From positions 1,760,001-1,824,000 of the forward strand of contig CP170459.1 in NCBI GenBank assembly GCA_047947115.1: a DNA stretch of 64,000 bases, read 5' to 3'. The notes under the pieces were generated by a model. The model did not search any database. It saw only the letters and a program-made list of their open reading frames with translations, and was not told the DNA's origin. The translations under genes were made by a program, and so were the position numbers. The stretch is from Verrucomicrobiota bacterium (GTDB taxonomy: Bacteria; Verrucomicrobiota; Verrucomicrobiia; Limisphaerales; AAA164-E04). Shown here in pieces: positions 20,939-31,126 of the stretch; positions within the stretch are counted from its first letter, which is position 1; every line of letters starts with the position of its first letter.

Positions 20939-21652
20939 ATGAAAAACGGAATCTTTTTAACGCTGGCGATCTGTCTGGCTTCTTTCATGTTCCCGGTTCA
21001 TGCACAGGAAACAGGACACGCCAAGGAAGCAGTCACCGGGACCTGGAGCTGGACGACACGTCAGAGTAATGGGGAATTGTATTCCAGTGTCATGGACATT
21101 GAACTCAATGATGCTGGCAATTTGGCTGGAGCACTTCGGCATGCGTCAGGGGACAGGATTGCATTTGAATCGGTCCACTGGTCGGACAGCACCATCAAGT
21201 TTCTATTATCTTATGAAGTTCTTGGTCATCCATTTCAGGCAGAATACGAAGGGAGACTGACAAAGGACGCCTTGGAAGGGATTGTTCGAATAAAGTTTGT
21301 TGAGCGTACGATTGAGCGGAGCTGGAAGGCTGTTCGTGTTCAAGATTACCCTCTGGATGGTGAGTGGGATTGGAAGCTCCAAACGCCGGATGGGAACGAA
21401 CTCAAAGCAGTGTTGCGCATTCATCACACCAAAGATGGCGTGGGAGGAAGGCTGGTCTCGGATCAGTTTGATTCGGAACTCAACAATGCGAGATTCTCTC
21501 AAGGGGTGTTGCAATTCACGACCACCAGTCAGGATGGCAACACGACCTATGCCTCCAAAGGCAAGTGGCACGGCAATCGTCTTGTGGGTGAAGTGGGATC
21601 CCCTTCGTTTGGTGATGATTTGAAACTGACGTGGGAAGCTGTGAAACGGTGA
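20939..21652 (+). CDS. Secreted protein with two internal beta-rich (lipocalin-like) repeats
   Basis: Signal peptide; repeats VTGTWSW...WKAVR and LDGEWDW...WEAVKR. Confidence 0.75.
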   Translation: MKNGIFLTLAICLASFMFPVHAQETGHAKEAVTGTWSWTTRQSNGELYSSVMDIELNDAGNLAGALRHASGDRIAFESVHWSDSTIKFLLSYEVLGHPFQAEYEGRLTKDALEGIVRIKFVERTIERSWKAVRVQDYPLDGEWDWKLQTPDGNELKAVLRIHHTKDGVGGRLVSDQFDSELNNARFSQGVLQFTTTSQDGNTTYASKGKWHGNRLVGEVGSPSFGDDLKLTWEAVKR

Positions 21653-21677
21653 TTGTTTATCCGCAGATTTTGCTTTG

Positions 21678-21818
21678 GGTAGATAGGATCGTCTCGATCC
21701 GCCCGCGAGCGCCAGCGATGCGGATGTGGGGCGTTGGGAGCTGAGGGGGTATCCTTCTTCAAATGAAAAGCAGGGGATGGAAGCCTCAAGGGTTCGCGTC
21801 GAGACGACCCGATCTACC
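21678..21818. repeat. GTAG-type REP doublet / MITE-like element
   Basis: Ends GGTAGATAGGATCGTCTCGA and (revcomp) GGTAGATCGGGTCGTCTCGA; homologous copy at ~50145-50251. Confidence 0.75.
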
Positions 21819-21920
21819 TTTTGTGCCTGGATAAAATCTGCGTTCATCTGCGAAATCTCGAAGATCCCGCTCCCGCGGTGGTGCGGTTCATAAACTCTCC
21901 AACAATCCCATTTTCCTGTC

Positions 21921-23855
21921 TCAGAAAACAGGTTCGCCGAATTCGCAGTTGTAGATGGTCCCGCATTGGGTGCATTCGGCGTCGAGGATGTTGAGCTCGG
22001 GGGTCCATCGATAGGCCTCACCGCATTTCGGGCAGGAAACTTTGTATCCTTTGACACGATCTTGTTTCTGGAGGACTTCCTTTGGGAGATTCGTTAGATC
22101 GCTGTCGTGGAGGGTGACCAGATCGTTTTGTTCCGGTTCATCGATTTCCGCCAGGCGGTTGGCTTGGGCGTTGACGACTTGTTCGAAGCAGTTTCTCACC
22201 AGACGTGCGTTGCCGAAGTGTTCCTCTTTATCTTCGTGCAGCAGGTGGAAGTAATGCAGGAGTTGTGTTTTCAGTTGGGGCGAAAGCCGGAGGTCGTTGC
22301 GTCGACAGAGCAGGCTGAAGATGCGGCAAAGTTCAGTGGGATCATAGTCTGGAAATTCCACAAAACGCGTGAACCGACTGTGCAAGCCCGGGTTCGAATG
22401 CACGAAGTCTTCCATTTCCGCCGGATAACCCGCCACGATCACGATGAGCCGATCGCGATCGTCTTCCATACGTTTGAGCAAGGTGTCGATGGCTTCTCTG
22501 CCGAAGTCCTGATCCTGCTTGGCTAGGGTGTAGGCTTCGTCAATAAACAGGATGCCATCCAGTGCCGCATCGATCATGCGGTTGGTTTTGATAGCGGTCT
22601 GACCAACGTATTCGGCGACCAACGAGGAACGGTCGCATTCCACCAGATGCCCTTTTTTCAAAACTCCGAGCGCTTTGTAAATGCGGGCCATTAATCTGGC
22701 TACTGTGGTTTTACCGGTGCCGGGGTTGCCGGTATAAACGGCGTGGTAGCTTGTAGGTATGGACTTGAGTCCACGGGACAAACGCATCTGTTGCATCTTG
22801 GCGAAGTTGGCGGTTTGACGGACTTTGTCCTTCACCTCGTGAATACCGATCAGATCGTCCAGTTCGGCCAAAACCTGGGCGAGATCTTCTGCGGAGCCTC
22901 GGTGTTGACTGGATTGTGATTCGTCATGTTCGGCGCATACGTCGTTGATCTGTTTCAAAAGGTAACTGATGAAGCGGTGCTCTTTGGACGATAGCGATCC
23001 GTCGATGTGTGAAAATGCATAGCACACCTCTTGGGTCAGGTGGGCCAGGAAGAAGAGAATCCCCGGGGGGAGTTCCAGTTTTTTGAGGATGTGAGCGGCA
23101 TCCAGAAAAAACTTGTCGAGTCCCAGTTTGATGTTTTCCTGTACCGCATCCTGCAGTGTGATGAATCGTTCCTGTGAATTTTCGATGTATTCGGAAATGG
23201 CGTCCTGCAGCCGCATGCCGCTTTTGCGGATTTTTCCGCGATCCAATGACAGGAAGCGATCGCGATGGGGGGCGAAAAAATAGCCTTGGAAGGCCTGCAG
23301 CATGTCCTCAGGGCGGTTATTGTAGAGGCATGCCGTCCAGAACTGTGCGGTGGCATCCGCCACCAACCCAAATTCCTCACGAGGAAAAAAAACGCCCCAT
23401 GCACCGCCGACAATCTTTCGAAAGAGGTCCGATAGATCCTGAAGTAGATCCTGAGTACCTTCCGGTGTTTTCTCGTAGGAAAGCTCTGGCGGTATCAGGA
23501 CTTCCATGTATTCCCAAAGCAAGCGGCCGGCAAATAAAGAGCGGGCCAGTTGTTTGACTGAGATTTCTTCCGCATTGGTGACCTGGGCAATTTCGGGGAT
23601 CTTTTGTTCTAGTTTTTTAAAGGATTGAAGAAAGCGTTCTTCGATTTGCTGCAATCGACTGAATTGATCCTCGTGAAGGAGTCCGCTTTCGGAGAGCCAT
23701 TTTAAATTTTCTTCGGTGGTTCTATGATTGGCGCTTACCAATGTTTCATGCAGGATTGGGAACTCACGACGCGAGCTCGGGGTGCCCGCGAGCGAAACCA
23801 ACACGGATCCGGGAATCAGTGTGTGATGGGAAAAGTCTTTGACCAGATTCTTCAT
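21921..23855 (-). CDS. CbbX/SpoVK/EccA-like AAA+ ATPase with long N-terminal region and C-terminal Zn ribbon
   Basis: Walker A GNPGTGKT, LVAEYVGQTA, Walker B ILFIDEAY, NPGLHSRF, FGNARLVRN; CPKC...CTQC at the C-terminus. Confidence 0.9.
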   Translation of the reverse strand: MKNLVKDFSHHTLIPGSVLVSLAGTPSSRREFPILHETLVSANHRTTEENLKWLSESGLLHEDQFSRLQQIEERFLQSFKKLEQKIPEIAQVTNAEEISVKQLARSLFAGRLLWEYMEVLIPPELSYEKTPEGTQDLLQDLSDLFRKIVGGAWGVFFPREEFGLVADATAQFWTACLYNNRPEDMLQAFQGYFFAPHRDRFLSLDRGKIRKSGMRLQDAISEYIENSQERFITLQDAVQENIKLGLDKFFLDAAHILKKLELPPGILFFLAHLTQEVCYAFSHIDGSLSSKEHRFISYLLKQINDVCAEHDESQSSQHRGSAEDLAQVLAELDDLIGIHEVKDKVRQTANFAKMQQMRLSRGLKSIPTSYHAVYTGNPGTGKTTVARLMARIYKALGVLKKGHLVECDRSSLVAEYVGQTAIKTNRMIDAALDGILFIDEAYTLAKQDQDFGREAIDTLLKRMEDDRDRLIVIVAGYPAEMEDFVHSNPGLHSRFTRFVEFPDYDPTELCRIFSLLCRRNDLRLSPQLKTQLLHYFHLLHEDKEEHFGNARLVRNCFEQVVNAQANRLAEIDEPEQNDLVTLHDSDLTNLPKEVLQKQDRVKGYKVSCPKCGEAYRWTPELNILDAECTQCGTIYNCEFGEPVF

Positions 23856-23917
23856 GCGCCCTTTGAGGTGGTTATCTTAAGACGTGAGGCGGGGCATGGC
23901 CAGTCCAATAAAAAAGA

Positions 23918-23945
23918 AAAGGGACGCAATGACTTGCGTCCCTTT
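23918..23945 (-). terminator. Intrinsic terminator hairpin
   Basis: AAAGGGACGCAA-TGAC-TTGCGTCCCTTT with an A-run on the left, downstream of the minus-strand oxidoreductase. Confidence 0.8.
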
Positions 23946-23976
23946 GTGTTTGATTTGCTGAAGCCGAATGTCCAGA

Positions 23977-25380
23977 TTATGCGCTGGCAGCTTCCTGGTA
24001 TTCGCGATCGCGAACAATACCCGGTTGTGGGATGGGGTATCGGCCGTCCGGATTCTTGGCTAGAGGGGCATCGGATTGCAGAGTCAGCTTGTCTGCATTC
24101 GGTGCGAATTCGTGATCGTGGTTGTAGATCTGATCATAGGTGATTTCCTGCCCTGTGTGAGCGGCCATACGGCCCATGGAAGAAACCAGGCTGGCGGTGG
24201 CGCCGCGTTTGACTTCGTTGTAAGGCTTGTCGTTGCGGATGGCGTCCAGCAAGTCATCCCATTCCAATTGGTAAGGGTTCTGCTCAGGCTGCGGGAAGGC
24301 CCAGATCATGTCGCGACGGCTCATGTTTTGTCCGTTGAAAGTGCGGCAGCGGCCTGGAGAGTGGGATGAGGTGGAAACAATCCCCAAACCTTTGGTTCCG
24401 TGTACATAACTTGCAAAGTTGTCGTGACATCCGATCATGGTGCGTCCGTTCAACTGGAACTTGGAACCATCTTTGAAGGTGTACTCCACCGCGTAGTTGT
24501 CGAAATTTTGATCGACGGCCTCTTCGTCACGATAGTGGCGTCCACCCAGTGCATGGGCTTTAATCGGCCAGTCGTTTTTCATCCAACAGCATTCGTCGAC
24601 CTGGTGAATATAGAAATCGTTGAACAAACCACCGCTGGCCCACAGGAAGCTGTGGAAACGGCTGATTTGATACATCAAGTCGGACATGTTGCCGGGGTTC
24701 GGGCCGGAGAAGGCGGAACCAACGGGGCCGTGCATACGATAGGCGCGCATGTTGAGGATGTCGCCGATCTCACCGTCTTGAATGCGCTTGTAAAGTTCCT
24801 GACGCGCACGGCAGTGACGCACCATGAGGCCGACCCCGACCTTCAGGTTTTTCTCTGTGGCTTTGTCAGCGAGAGCAATCATGCGGCGAGTGGTTGGGCC
24901 GTCCGCGGTCAATGGTTTTTCCATGAACACGTTGACGCCTTTTTCAATCGCGTAGGTGAAGTGCACCCAACGGAAAGCGAGAGGAGTGGTGAAGATGGCC
25001 ACATCGCCCGGGTTGAGGGCGTCGATCGCGTGTTTGTAGGCATCAAAACCGATGAACTGGCGATCGATGGGTACTTCCATCTTGTCTTCATACCGCTTGT
25101 TAAGCGTGTTGAAACTGCCGTCCAAACGGTGTTGGAATACGTCCGCCATGGCGACCAGCTTGGTAGGCCCATTTGAAACGGACAAGGCATTCGCTGCGGC
25201 ACCCGTTCCACGTCCGCCGCAGCCGATGAGGGCGACCTGGACGGTTTCACTGCTCTGTGCGTGTACGTGTGGCAAAGCGACGCTGGCCAATGCGCTGGCA
25301 GCGGTCACTTTGCTCGTGTTTTTGATAAACTCACGACGCGAAGACTGTTTCGCGTCCATTGGATTTGATGATTTATTCAT
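23977..25380 (-). CDS. Gfo/Idh/MocA family oxidoreductase (Tat-exported)
   Basis: SRREFIK twin-Arg motif, VALIGCGGRGTGA and VFMEKP. Confidence 0.92.
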   Translation of the reverse strand: MNKSSNPMDAKQSSRREFIKNTSKVTAASALASVALPHVHAQSSETVQVALIGCGGRGTGAAANALSVSNGPTKLVAMADVFQHRLDGSFNTLNKRYEDKMEVPIDRQFIGFDAYKHAIDALNPGDVAIFTTPLAFRWVHFTYAIEKGVNVFMEKPLTADGPTTRRMIALADKATEKNLKVGVGLMVRHCRARQELYKRIQDGEIGDILNMRAYRMHGPVGSAFSGPNPGNMSDLMYQISRFHSFLWASGGLFNDFYIHQVDECCWMKNDWPIKAHALGGRHYRDEEAVDQNFDNYAVEYTFKDGSKFQLNGRTMIGCHDNFASYVHGTKGLGIVSTSSHSPGRCRTFNGQNMSRRDMIWAFPQPEQNPYQLEWDDLLDAIRNDKPYNEVKRGATASLVSSMGRMAAHTGQEITYDQIYNHDHEFAPNADKLTLQSDAPLAKNPDGRYPIPQPGIVRDREYQEAASA

Positions 25381-25481
25381 GATGATTTCGTTTACTGATA
25401 TGAAACCTAAAAGTGCTTATGGGATCTGACGGGATTATCCCGTGAAACATTCAGACTTGGCAAGGGATTTGTTGAAAACAT

Positions 25482-27197
25482 ATGATGCGGCTCATGATTC
25501 CCAAAATCTTGCTCAAGGAGTCCATCGTGGCGCCTCCCGGTTTCAACCGTTGGCGTGTACCTCCGGCCTCCATCGCCATCCATTTATGCATCGGATCCGT
25601 TTATGCGTGGAGCATTTTCAATCCGGCTCTTATCCGTGAACTTGGCGTGGTCGGATCTTCAGCTGGGGACTGGACGCTGAGTTCGGTGGTGTGGATCTTT
25701 TCCGTTGCCATTGTGTTTCTGGGCTTGGCGGCTGCCGTTGCCGGCAAATGGCTGGAACGTGTCGGGCCACGTTGTGTTGGTGTGACGGCCGCGATTCTTT
25801 GGGGGGGAGGTTTTGTTATTGGCAGTATGGGGGTGGCAATGCATCAGCTCTGGCTGATCTACCTGGGTTACGGGGCCCTGGGGGGCTGCGGACTTGGGTT
25901 GGGGTATGTCTCGCCGGTCAGTACGCTGATTAGGTGGTTCCCGGATCGAAGGGGATTGGCCACCGGCCTGGCCATCATGGGGTTTGGCGGTGGGGCGATG
26001 ATTGGCGCTCCGGTCAAAGAAGCTCTCTTAAAAGCTTTTTTTAAAGCCCCGGACTACGTAGGCGCCGAATCAGATGTTACCATGAAAACAGAAGAGGGTA
26101 AACGATTTGTGCAGGTGGATGGTGATTGGAAGGAGGCCGTTCTGGCCACGTCATCTGATATTGCGAAACTTCCCGATCCAAACCTGCAGGAGGGAGCTTA
26201 TCTGGTGGGTACGGGTAACACGGGGGCGGCCGGCACGTTCATGACCTTGGGGGTTGTCTACTTTCTGGTGATGATGGTGGCATCATTTTCATATCGAGTT
26301 CCGGCAGCGGATTGGCGTCCGGATGGTTGGGAACCTCCCACCGACACGGAATCCAGCAAACGCATGATTACCACAGGCAATGTCGATATGGATCAGGCCT
26401 TGAAAACGCCGCAGTTCTACTTCCTGTGGATTGTGCTTTGTTTCAACGTTACGGCAGGCATCGGAGTGATCGGTGTGGCCAAGACCATGATGAATGAGAT
26501 TTTCGGAACCACTCTGCCGGCGGTGGTGAATGGGGCCTTTGCTGCGACGTACGTGCTGATGATTTCCGTATTTAATATGTTGGGACGCATCATTTGGGCC
26601 AGCGCCTCGGATTACATTGGGCGCAAAAACACCTATCATTGCTTCTTTGTGCTGGGAACATTGCTTTATTTATCGATTCCGTGGACCGCCGGGCAGGTAA
26701 GTGCTTCCCCGGCAGTGACCTGGTTGGTGATGTTCTACGGCGCGACGATGATCATCTTCACCATGTATGGAGGTGGATTTGCGACGATTCCGGCCTATCT
26801 GGCTGATATTTTCGGCATGAGATTTGTCGGCGCCATTCATGGGCGTCTGTTGACGGCATGGAGCACAGCGGGTGTGTTGGGGCCTCTGGCCATCACTAAG
26901 TTACGTCAGGCTTCGGTTGATGATTCCATTCGGGATCTGGCCACCAAAGTTGACGATCGCCTGTTTATACAAACTTTTGGGGCTGGGAAAGATCAGATTG
27001 AATCCCTGATGGCCGCGAAGACTGTTACCGTCTCCAAGTTGATGTCGATTGTTCCGGACGGAACCATTGATCCAACATCAGGACTATACAATTCAACCAT
27101 GTATGCCATGGCAGCCTTATTGGTGGTGGCCTTTTTCGCGAATCTGGCCATTAAACCCGTGGCCAGCCATCATCATATCAAAGGCGAAACAAACTAA
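25482..27197 (+). CDS. OFA-family MFS transporter (oxalate/formate or lactate type)
   Basis: IHLCIGSVYAWS, YVSPVSTLIRWFPDRRGLATG, YGGGFATIPAY and GAIHGRLLTAWS. Confidence 0.92.
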   Translation: MMRLMIPKILLKESIVAPPGFNRWRVPPASIAIHLCIGSVYAWSIFNPALIRELGVVGSSAGDWTLSSVVWIFSVAIVFLGLAAAVAGKWLERVGPRCVGVTAAILWGGGFVIGSMGVAMHQLWLIYLGYGALGGCGLGLGYVSPVSTLIRWFPDRRGLATGLAIMGFGGGAMIGAPVKEALLKAFFKAPDYVGAESDVTMKTEEGKRFVQVDGDWKEAVLATSSDIAKLPDPNLQEGAYLVGTGNTGAAGTFMTLGVVYFLVMMVASFSYRVPAADWRPDGWEPPTDTESSKRMITTGNVDMDQALKTPQFYFLWIVLCFNVTAGIGVIGVAKTMMNEIFGTTLPAVVNGAFAATYVLMISVFNMLGRIIWASASDYIGRKNTYHCFFVLGTLLYLSIPWTAGQVSASPAVTWLVMFYGATMIIFTMYGGGFATIPAYLADIFGMRFVGAIHGRLLTAWSTAGVLGPLAITKLRQASVDDSIRDLATKVDDRLFIQTFGAGKDQIESLMAAKTVTVSKLMSIVPDGTIDPTSGLYNSTMYAMAALLVVAFFANLAIKPVASHHHIKGETN

Positions 27198-27268
27198 ATC
27201 CGGGCAAAATTGCGCTCGACGACAAGATGATCCTGTGATTTGATCCTCAGTCAAATTCCACTCAATTT

Positions 27269-28609
27269 ATGAAGATGCAAAACATGACTCGTTCCGTATG
27301 TGGTGCAGTGGCTGTCACCTTGGTGACATCCCTTGCGACCTTGGCACAATCCAACACTGCTCGACCCGGTGGTAAACTTTCCCATGATGTGGCCATTCAC
27401 CTGGAAAAAGTTGCGGGCGGTTTCGCCGATCCCATCAATGTGGTGAGTCCCAAAGACGGAACCGAACGACTTTTTGTTGTCGAACGTCCCGGAGTGGTGA
27501 AGATCGTTGACAAAGATGGCGAGGTTTTGCGTCGTCCGTTTCTTGACATCAAGGAAACAGTGGTCAGTTCTTTTCTGGAACAAGGGCTGTATGACTTGGA
27601 ATTTCATCCTGACTTCAAGAATAACCGCAAATTCTATGTTCACTATTCCGACATGTGGTTCAACGGGGATTCTTTCATCGTGGAATACCAGGCATCCGCC
27701 GACAACCCGAACCGCACCGATCCGGATTCCGTGCGGGTGGTGATGCAGATCGAACAGCCTTACTCCAATCATAACGGTGGTGAACTGGTGTTTGGTCCGG
27801 ACGGCTACCTTTATATTGGTAGTGGTGATGGAGGATGGGAAGGGGACGTGCTTGGAGCGGGGCAGGACTTGAGCACTTTGCTGGCGAAAATCCTTCGAAT
27901 TGACGTGAATACCAGGACTGCCGAGAAGGGCTATGGGATTCCCAAGGATAATCCTTTTGTCACACCATTGCAGCAGATGGTCTTGTTTGGTGTGTCCGAA
28001 GAACGTTTTGCGGAAATACACCCGAATGCGCGTCCTGAGATATGGGCCTACGGTGTGCGTAATCCCGTCAAGATGACTTTCGATTACAAAACCGGCGATC
28101 TTTACATCGCTGATGTTGGACAGAACCACTGGGAAGAAATCAACTTCCAACCCGGCTCCAGCAAGGGCGGCGAAAACTACGGATGGAAGTTCATGTGCGG
28201 CACGCATCCGTTTCCCATCTCAGCCAAGGATGCTCCGCAGGTGGGAGTGCTTCCGATTGGGGAATATTCTCATGTGACGGATGGCATCTGTGTGATTGGC
28301 ATTGGTGTTTATCGAGGCACCAAATACGAATCACTGGACGGTGTTTACTTTGTGGCCGACTGGGGTTCCGGCAAGATCTGGGGCATGGAACGTGACAAGG
28401 ATGGCAAGTGGCAGATGCAGGAAATGCTGGATACTCAGTTGCGTCCGACTGGTGCTGGCGAGGGTGAAGACGGAACGCTTTACGTCACGACCGCAACACC
28501 CAATTACGGTGGTCCGGTCAACCCATACGATAACGAGCCGGGTTCACTCTGGCGATTGGTTGAGAAATCCAAGGTTGCCGACGGAGTCGAGACTGTGCCT
28601 TTGGACTAA
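27269..28609 (+). CDS. PQQ-dependent sugar dehydrogenase (GSDH beta-propeller)
   Basis: Signal peptide; EQGLYDLEFHPDF, NHNGGELVFGPDGYLYIGSGDGG, EIWAYGVRNP and ADVGQN. Confidence 0.9.
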   Translation: MKMQNMTRSVCGAVAVTLVTSLATLAQSNTARPGGKLSHDVAIHLEKVAGGFADPINVVSPKDGTERLFVVERPGVVKIVDKDGEVLRRPFLDIKETVVSSFLEQGLYDLEFHPDFKNNRKFYVHYSDMWFNGDSFIVEYQASADNPNRTDPDSVRVVMQIEQPYSNHNGGELVFGPDGYLYIGSGDGGWEGDVLGAGQDLSTLLAKILRIDVNTRTAEKGYGIPKDNPFVTPLQQMVLFGVSEERFAEIHPNARPEIWAYGVRNPVKMTFDYKTGDLYIADVGQNHWEEINFQPGSSKGGENYGWKFMCGTHPFPISAKDAPQVGVLPIGEYSHVTDGICVIGIGVYRGTKYESLDGVYFVADWGSGKIWGMERDKDGKWQMQEMLDTQLRPTGAGEGEDGTLYVTTATPNYGGPVNPYDNEPGSLWRLVEKSKVADGVETVPLD

Positions 28610-28658
28610 TCGTTTTCTGGGAAAATACCAAATTTAGAATCAGGGTGTCAGTTAGATC

Positions 28659-29258
28659 ATGAAGCATTTGATGTATTGGTTAAGAGTTTCATTGTTTGTT
28701 TCCGTGTTGGCTGCGGGCGTCTTCTCTGTGGAGGTGGGCGGCCTGAACGTTCTGGCCGCAGATGCGGGCCACGGAGACCATCCGGCAACCGGAAGAAAGA
28801 TTCCTTCGCCCGGCCCGGATGATGTTGAAAAGTTCATCAAAGTTGATCGAGATGCCAAGCATGTCATCTTTCCACTTACGGCGACTTTCAATGACGCCAA
28901 TCATGGCATGAACTTCAATGGTCACTTCAAGGGGCGGGCTGTCTACACGGTTCCCAAAGGGTGGAAGGTCACATTCGAATTCAAAAACATGAGCCCTGTT
29001 CCGCATAGCGCGGTGGTGGTGGAAGCCTACATGGCGCGTAAACTCCAGGTCGGGGAACCTTACTTCGACGGAGCCTCCACGACGGATCCGTTGAAAGGGC
29101 TCAAGAAGGAAGAGAAATTTACCTTTGAAGTGGACGAAGCGGGCAAGTTTGCCGTTGCCTGTGGATTTCCCGCGCATTCCGCAAGTGGTCATTGGTTGTC
29201 CTTCAATGTCAGCAAGGACGCGGAGGTTCCCAGTATTGAATTCCCCATACGGCCCTGA
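28659..29258 (+). CDS. Sulfocyanin (SoxE)-like cupredoxin
   Basis: NFNG...VPKGWKV...N...PHS and the C-terminal loop CGFPAHSASGHW. Confidence 0.75.
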   Translation: MKHLMYWLRVSLFVSVLAAGVFSVEVGGLNVLAADAGHGDHPATGRKIPSPGPDDVEKFIKVDRDAKHVIFPLTATFNDANHGMNFNGHFKGRAVYTVPKGWKVTFEFKNMSPVPHSAVVVEAYMARKLQVGEPYFDGASTTDPLKGLKKEEKFTFEVDEAGKFAVACGFPAHSASGHWLSFNVSKDAEVPSIEFPIRP

Positions 29259-29270
29259 GGCTTCGCCTCT

Positions 29271-29373
29271 GGTAGGGCCCCGCTGCCGCGGGGCCGCGAG
29301 CGCGCAATGGATTTGGGAATGATAATGGCGGGATGCGGACACGTTGGCGGACGCTCGGCAGCGCATGCCTACC
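29271..29373. repeat. GTAG-type REP doublet between convergent genes
   Basis: Left GGTAGGGCCCCGCTGCCGCGGGGCCGC; right (revcomp) GGTAGGCATGCGCTGCCGAGCGTCCGC. Confidence 0.7.
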
Positions 29374-29388
29374 GCGGCAGCCGCCGTT

Positions 29389-30285
29389 TTATTCACTTTC
29401 TCGCGATACGTGCGAGCCGCTCCACTGCATTTTTTGGCGAAGGGTGTTGAAGAATGCGTTCTCCGGAAGGTTTAACAGGTTGACCTGATCGGGTATGGAC
29501 TGGATTTGGATACGGTCATGGGGAGCGACATCGATCTGTTTTTGCCCGTCCGCTGTAAGCACTGTTTCCACATCACGGCTGAGGATGCTTACCTCGATGT
29601 TTGCCTGCATATCCACGATGACGGACCGGTTCGAAAGTGTATGTGGGCAGATGGGGGTGAGGGTAAACACTTTTGCGTTCGGGGAAACAATCGCTCCGCC
29701 GGCCGAGAGCGAGTAGGCGGTCGAGCCGGTCGGACTGCTGATGATGAATCCGTCACAACGAAAATGGGTCAATAATTGTCCGTCCACCCTTACTTCCAAC
29801 TCAATCATGCGGGAAGCCATGCCACGACTGATGACGATGTCGTTGACGGCGATGAGTTCCGTTGATGCATCTTGATTCACCACCGACCGGATGAACGGTC
29901 GTGTGTCATGAATGAGTTCTTCCTTCCAGACCCTTTCCAGCGTTGTTTCCAGAGCTTCGACCGGGGCAGCTGTCAGGAATCCAAGTCCACCGGTGTTGAT
30001 TCCCAAAAGCGGAATGGGGTTTCCCTGCAACGAGCGGGCCACGTGCAGCATGGTGCCGTCGCCGCCGAATACGATCAGGATATCTGATTGAGCTGCTGTT
30101 TCGCGGATGGCATCGACGCCTTCGGTACGGAAGGATTCGAGCGTTTGTGCCCTGTCAATGTGTACTACAGAGCGGCCAGTTCGTTCAATCAGCTCCCGCG
30201 CGGTGGCGATCGCAGATTTCCAAACGGGCTTCTCCGGGTTGGCCACAAGACCGATGCGGCTGAGGTTGAGTTTAGTGTTTTTCAA
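29389..30285 (-). CDS. nadK: NAD(+) kinase
   Basis: GGDGTML, GINTGGLGFL, ND motif, DGFIISSPTGSTAYSLSAGG and PICPHTL. Confidence 0.96.
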   Translation of the reverse strand: MKNTKLNLSRIGLVANPEKPVWKSAIATARELIERTGRSVVHIDRAQTLESFRTEGVDAIRETAAQSDILIVFGGDGTMLHVARSLQGNPIPLLGINTGGLGFLTAAPVEALETTLERVWKEELIHDTRPFIRSVVNQDASTELIAVNDIVISRGMASRMIELEVRVDGQLLTHFRCDGFIISSPTGSTAYSLSAGGAIVSPNAKVFTLTPICPHTLSNRSVIVDMQANIEVSILSRDVETVLTADGQKQIDVAPHDRIQIQSIPDQVNLLNLPENAFFNTLRQKMQWSGSHVSRESE

Positions 30286-31015
30286 GCCAGACTAAAAATT
30301 CTTTGTTTCCTGCGGGGCCAAGTATGGGGGATTCAATCACGCCATGCCAGTCCAGAGGTAGTTCATTTGTGGCAAATGTTTGCAACGATTCGATGACCTG
30401 TTGGTGAATCTTTGAATCTGTGATCACACCACGTCCCTTATCGGCTTCTTCTTTGCCGGCTTCGAACTGGGGTTTGATCAGGGCCACGATGCTGCCGCCG
30501 GACTCGAGCAGATTCACGGCAGAAGGAAGAATGTGTTTGAGACTGATAAAAGAGCAGTCCACTGCAATCAGATCAACTGGCTCATCCAGTTGATCCTTCT
30601 TCAAGTGGCGTGCATTGGTTTTTTCCATAACCACCACTCGTTCATCGGTGCGGAGCTTCCAGGCCAACTGGCCTTGTCCGACATCAATGGCGAACACTTT
30701 CTTCACGCCGCGTTGGAGCAGGCAATCTGTAAATCCACCAGTGGAAGCTCCCAGATCGGCGGCAATCCTGCCACGCACATCCATGTCAAAGTGCGTCAGG
30801 GCGTGATCGAGTTTAAGTCCACCCCTGGAGACGAAAGGATCGGATTCCTTTAGACGAATGACCACATCGGGCTTGATCTGCTGTCCGGGTTTTGTGGCGG
30901 GTTGATCATTCAAAAGAACGAGTCCGGCCATGACCGCCCGTTTGGCGCGTTCGCGGCTTTCATAATGGCCGCGTTCCACCAGGACCTGATCCAGTCTTTT
31001 TCGTTGAGCGCTCAT
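30272..31015 (-). CDS. tlyA: TlyA-family RNA 2'-O-methyltransferase
   Basis: S4 domain KRLDQVL, FVSRGGLKL, DLGASTGGFTDCLL, LIKPQFE and SPILGPAGNKEFL. Confidence 0.96.
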   Translation of the reverse strand: MSAQRKRLDQVLVERGHYESRERAKRAVMAGLVLLNDQPATKPGQQIKPDVVIRLKESDPFVSRGGLKLDHALTHFDMDVRGRIAADLGASTGGFTDCLLQRGVKKVFAIDVGQGQLAWKLRTDERVVVMEKTNARHLKKDQLDEPVDLIAVDCSFISLKHILPSAVNLLESGGSIVALIKPQFEAGKEEADKGRGVITDSKIHQQVIESLQTFATNELPLDWHGVIESPILGPAGNKEFLVWLEKH

Positions 31016-31126
31016 GTGTTCGCTGTTCCGCGAGCTTAAAGATCCTGACGCTTTCGTGCAATGTATGGTTGTGAATATATCCTTTCATCCCCGGGCTGAG
31101 TTATGAGACGATGTCGGCACTTTTCC

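Noticed and set aside
27251..28207. 318-aa antisense ORF (also 6448-7290, 21206-22057, 24400-25176, 28689-29396, 31295-32041)
   Set aside because: Shadow frames overlapping well-supported genes, with no recognisable motifs.
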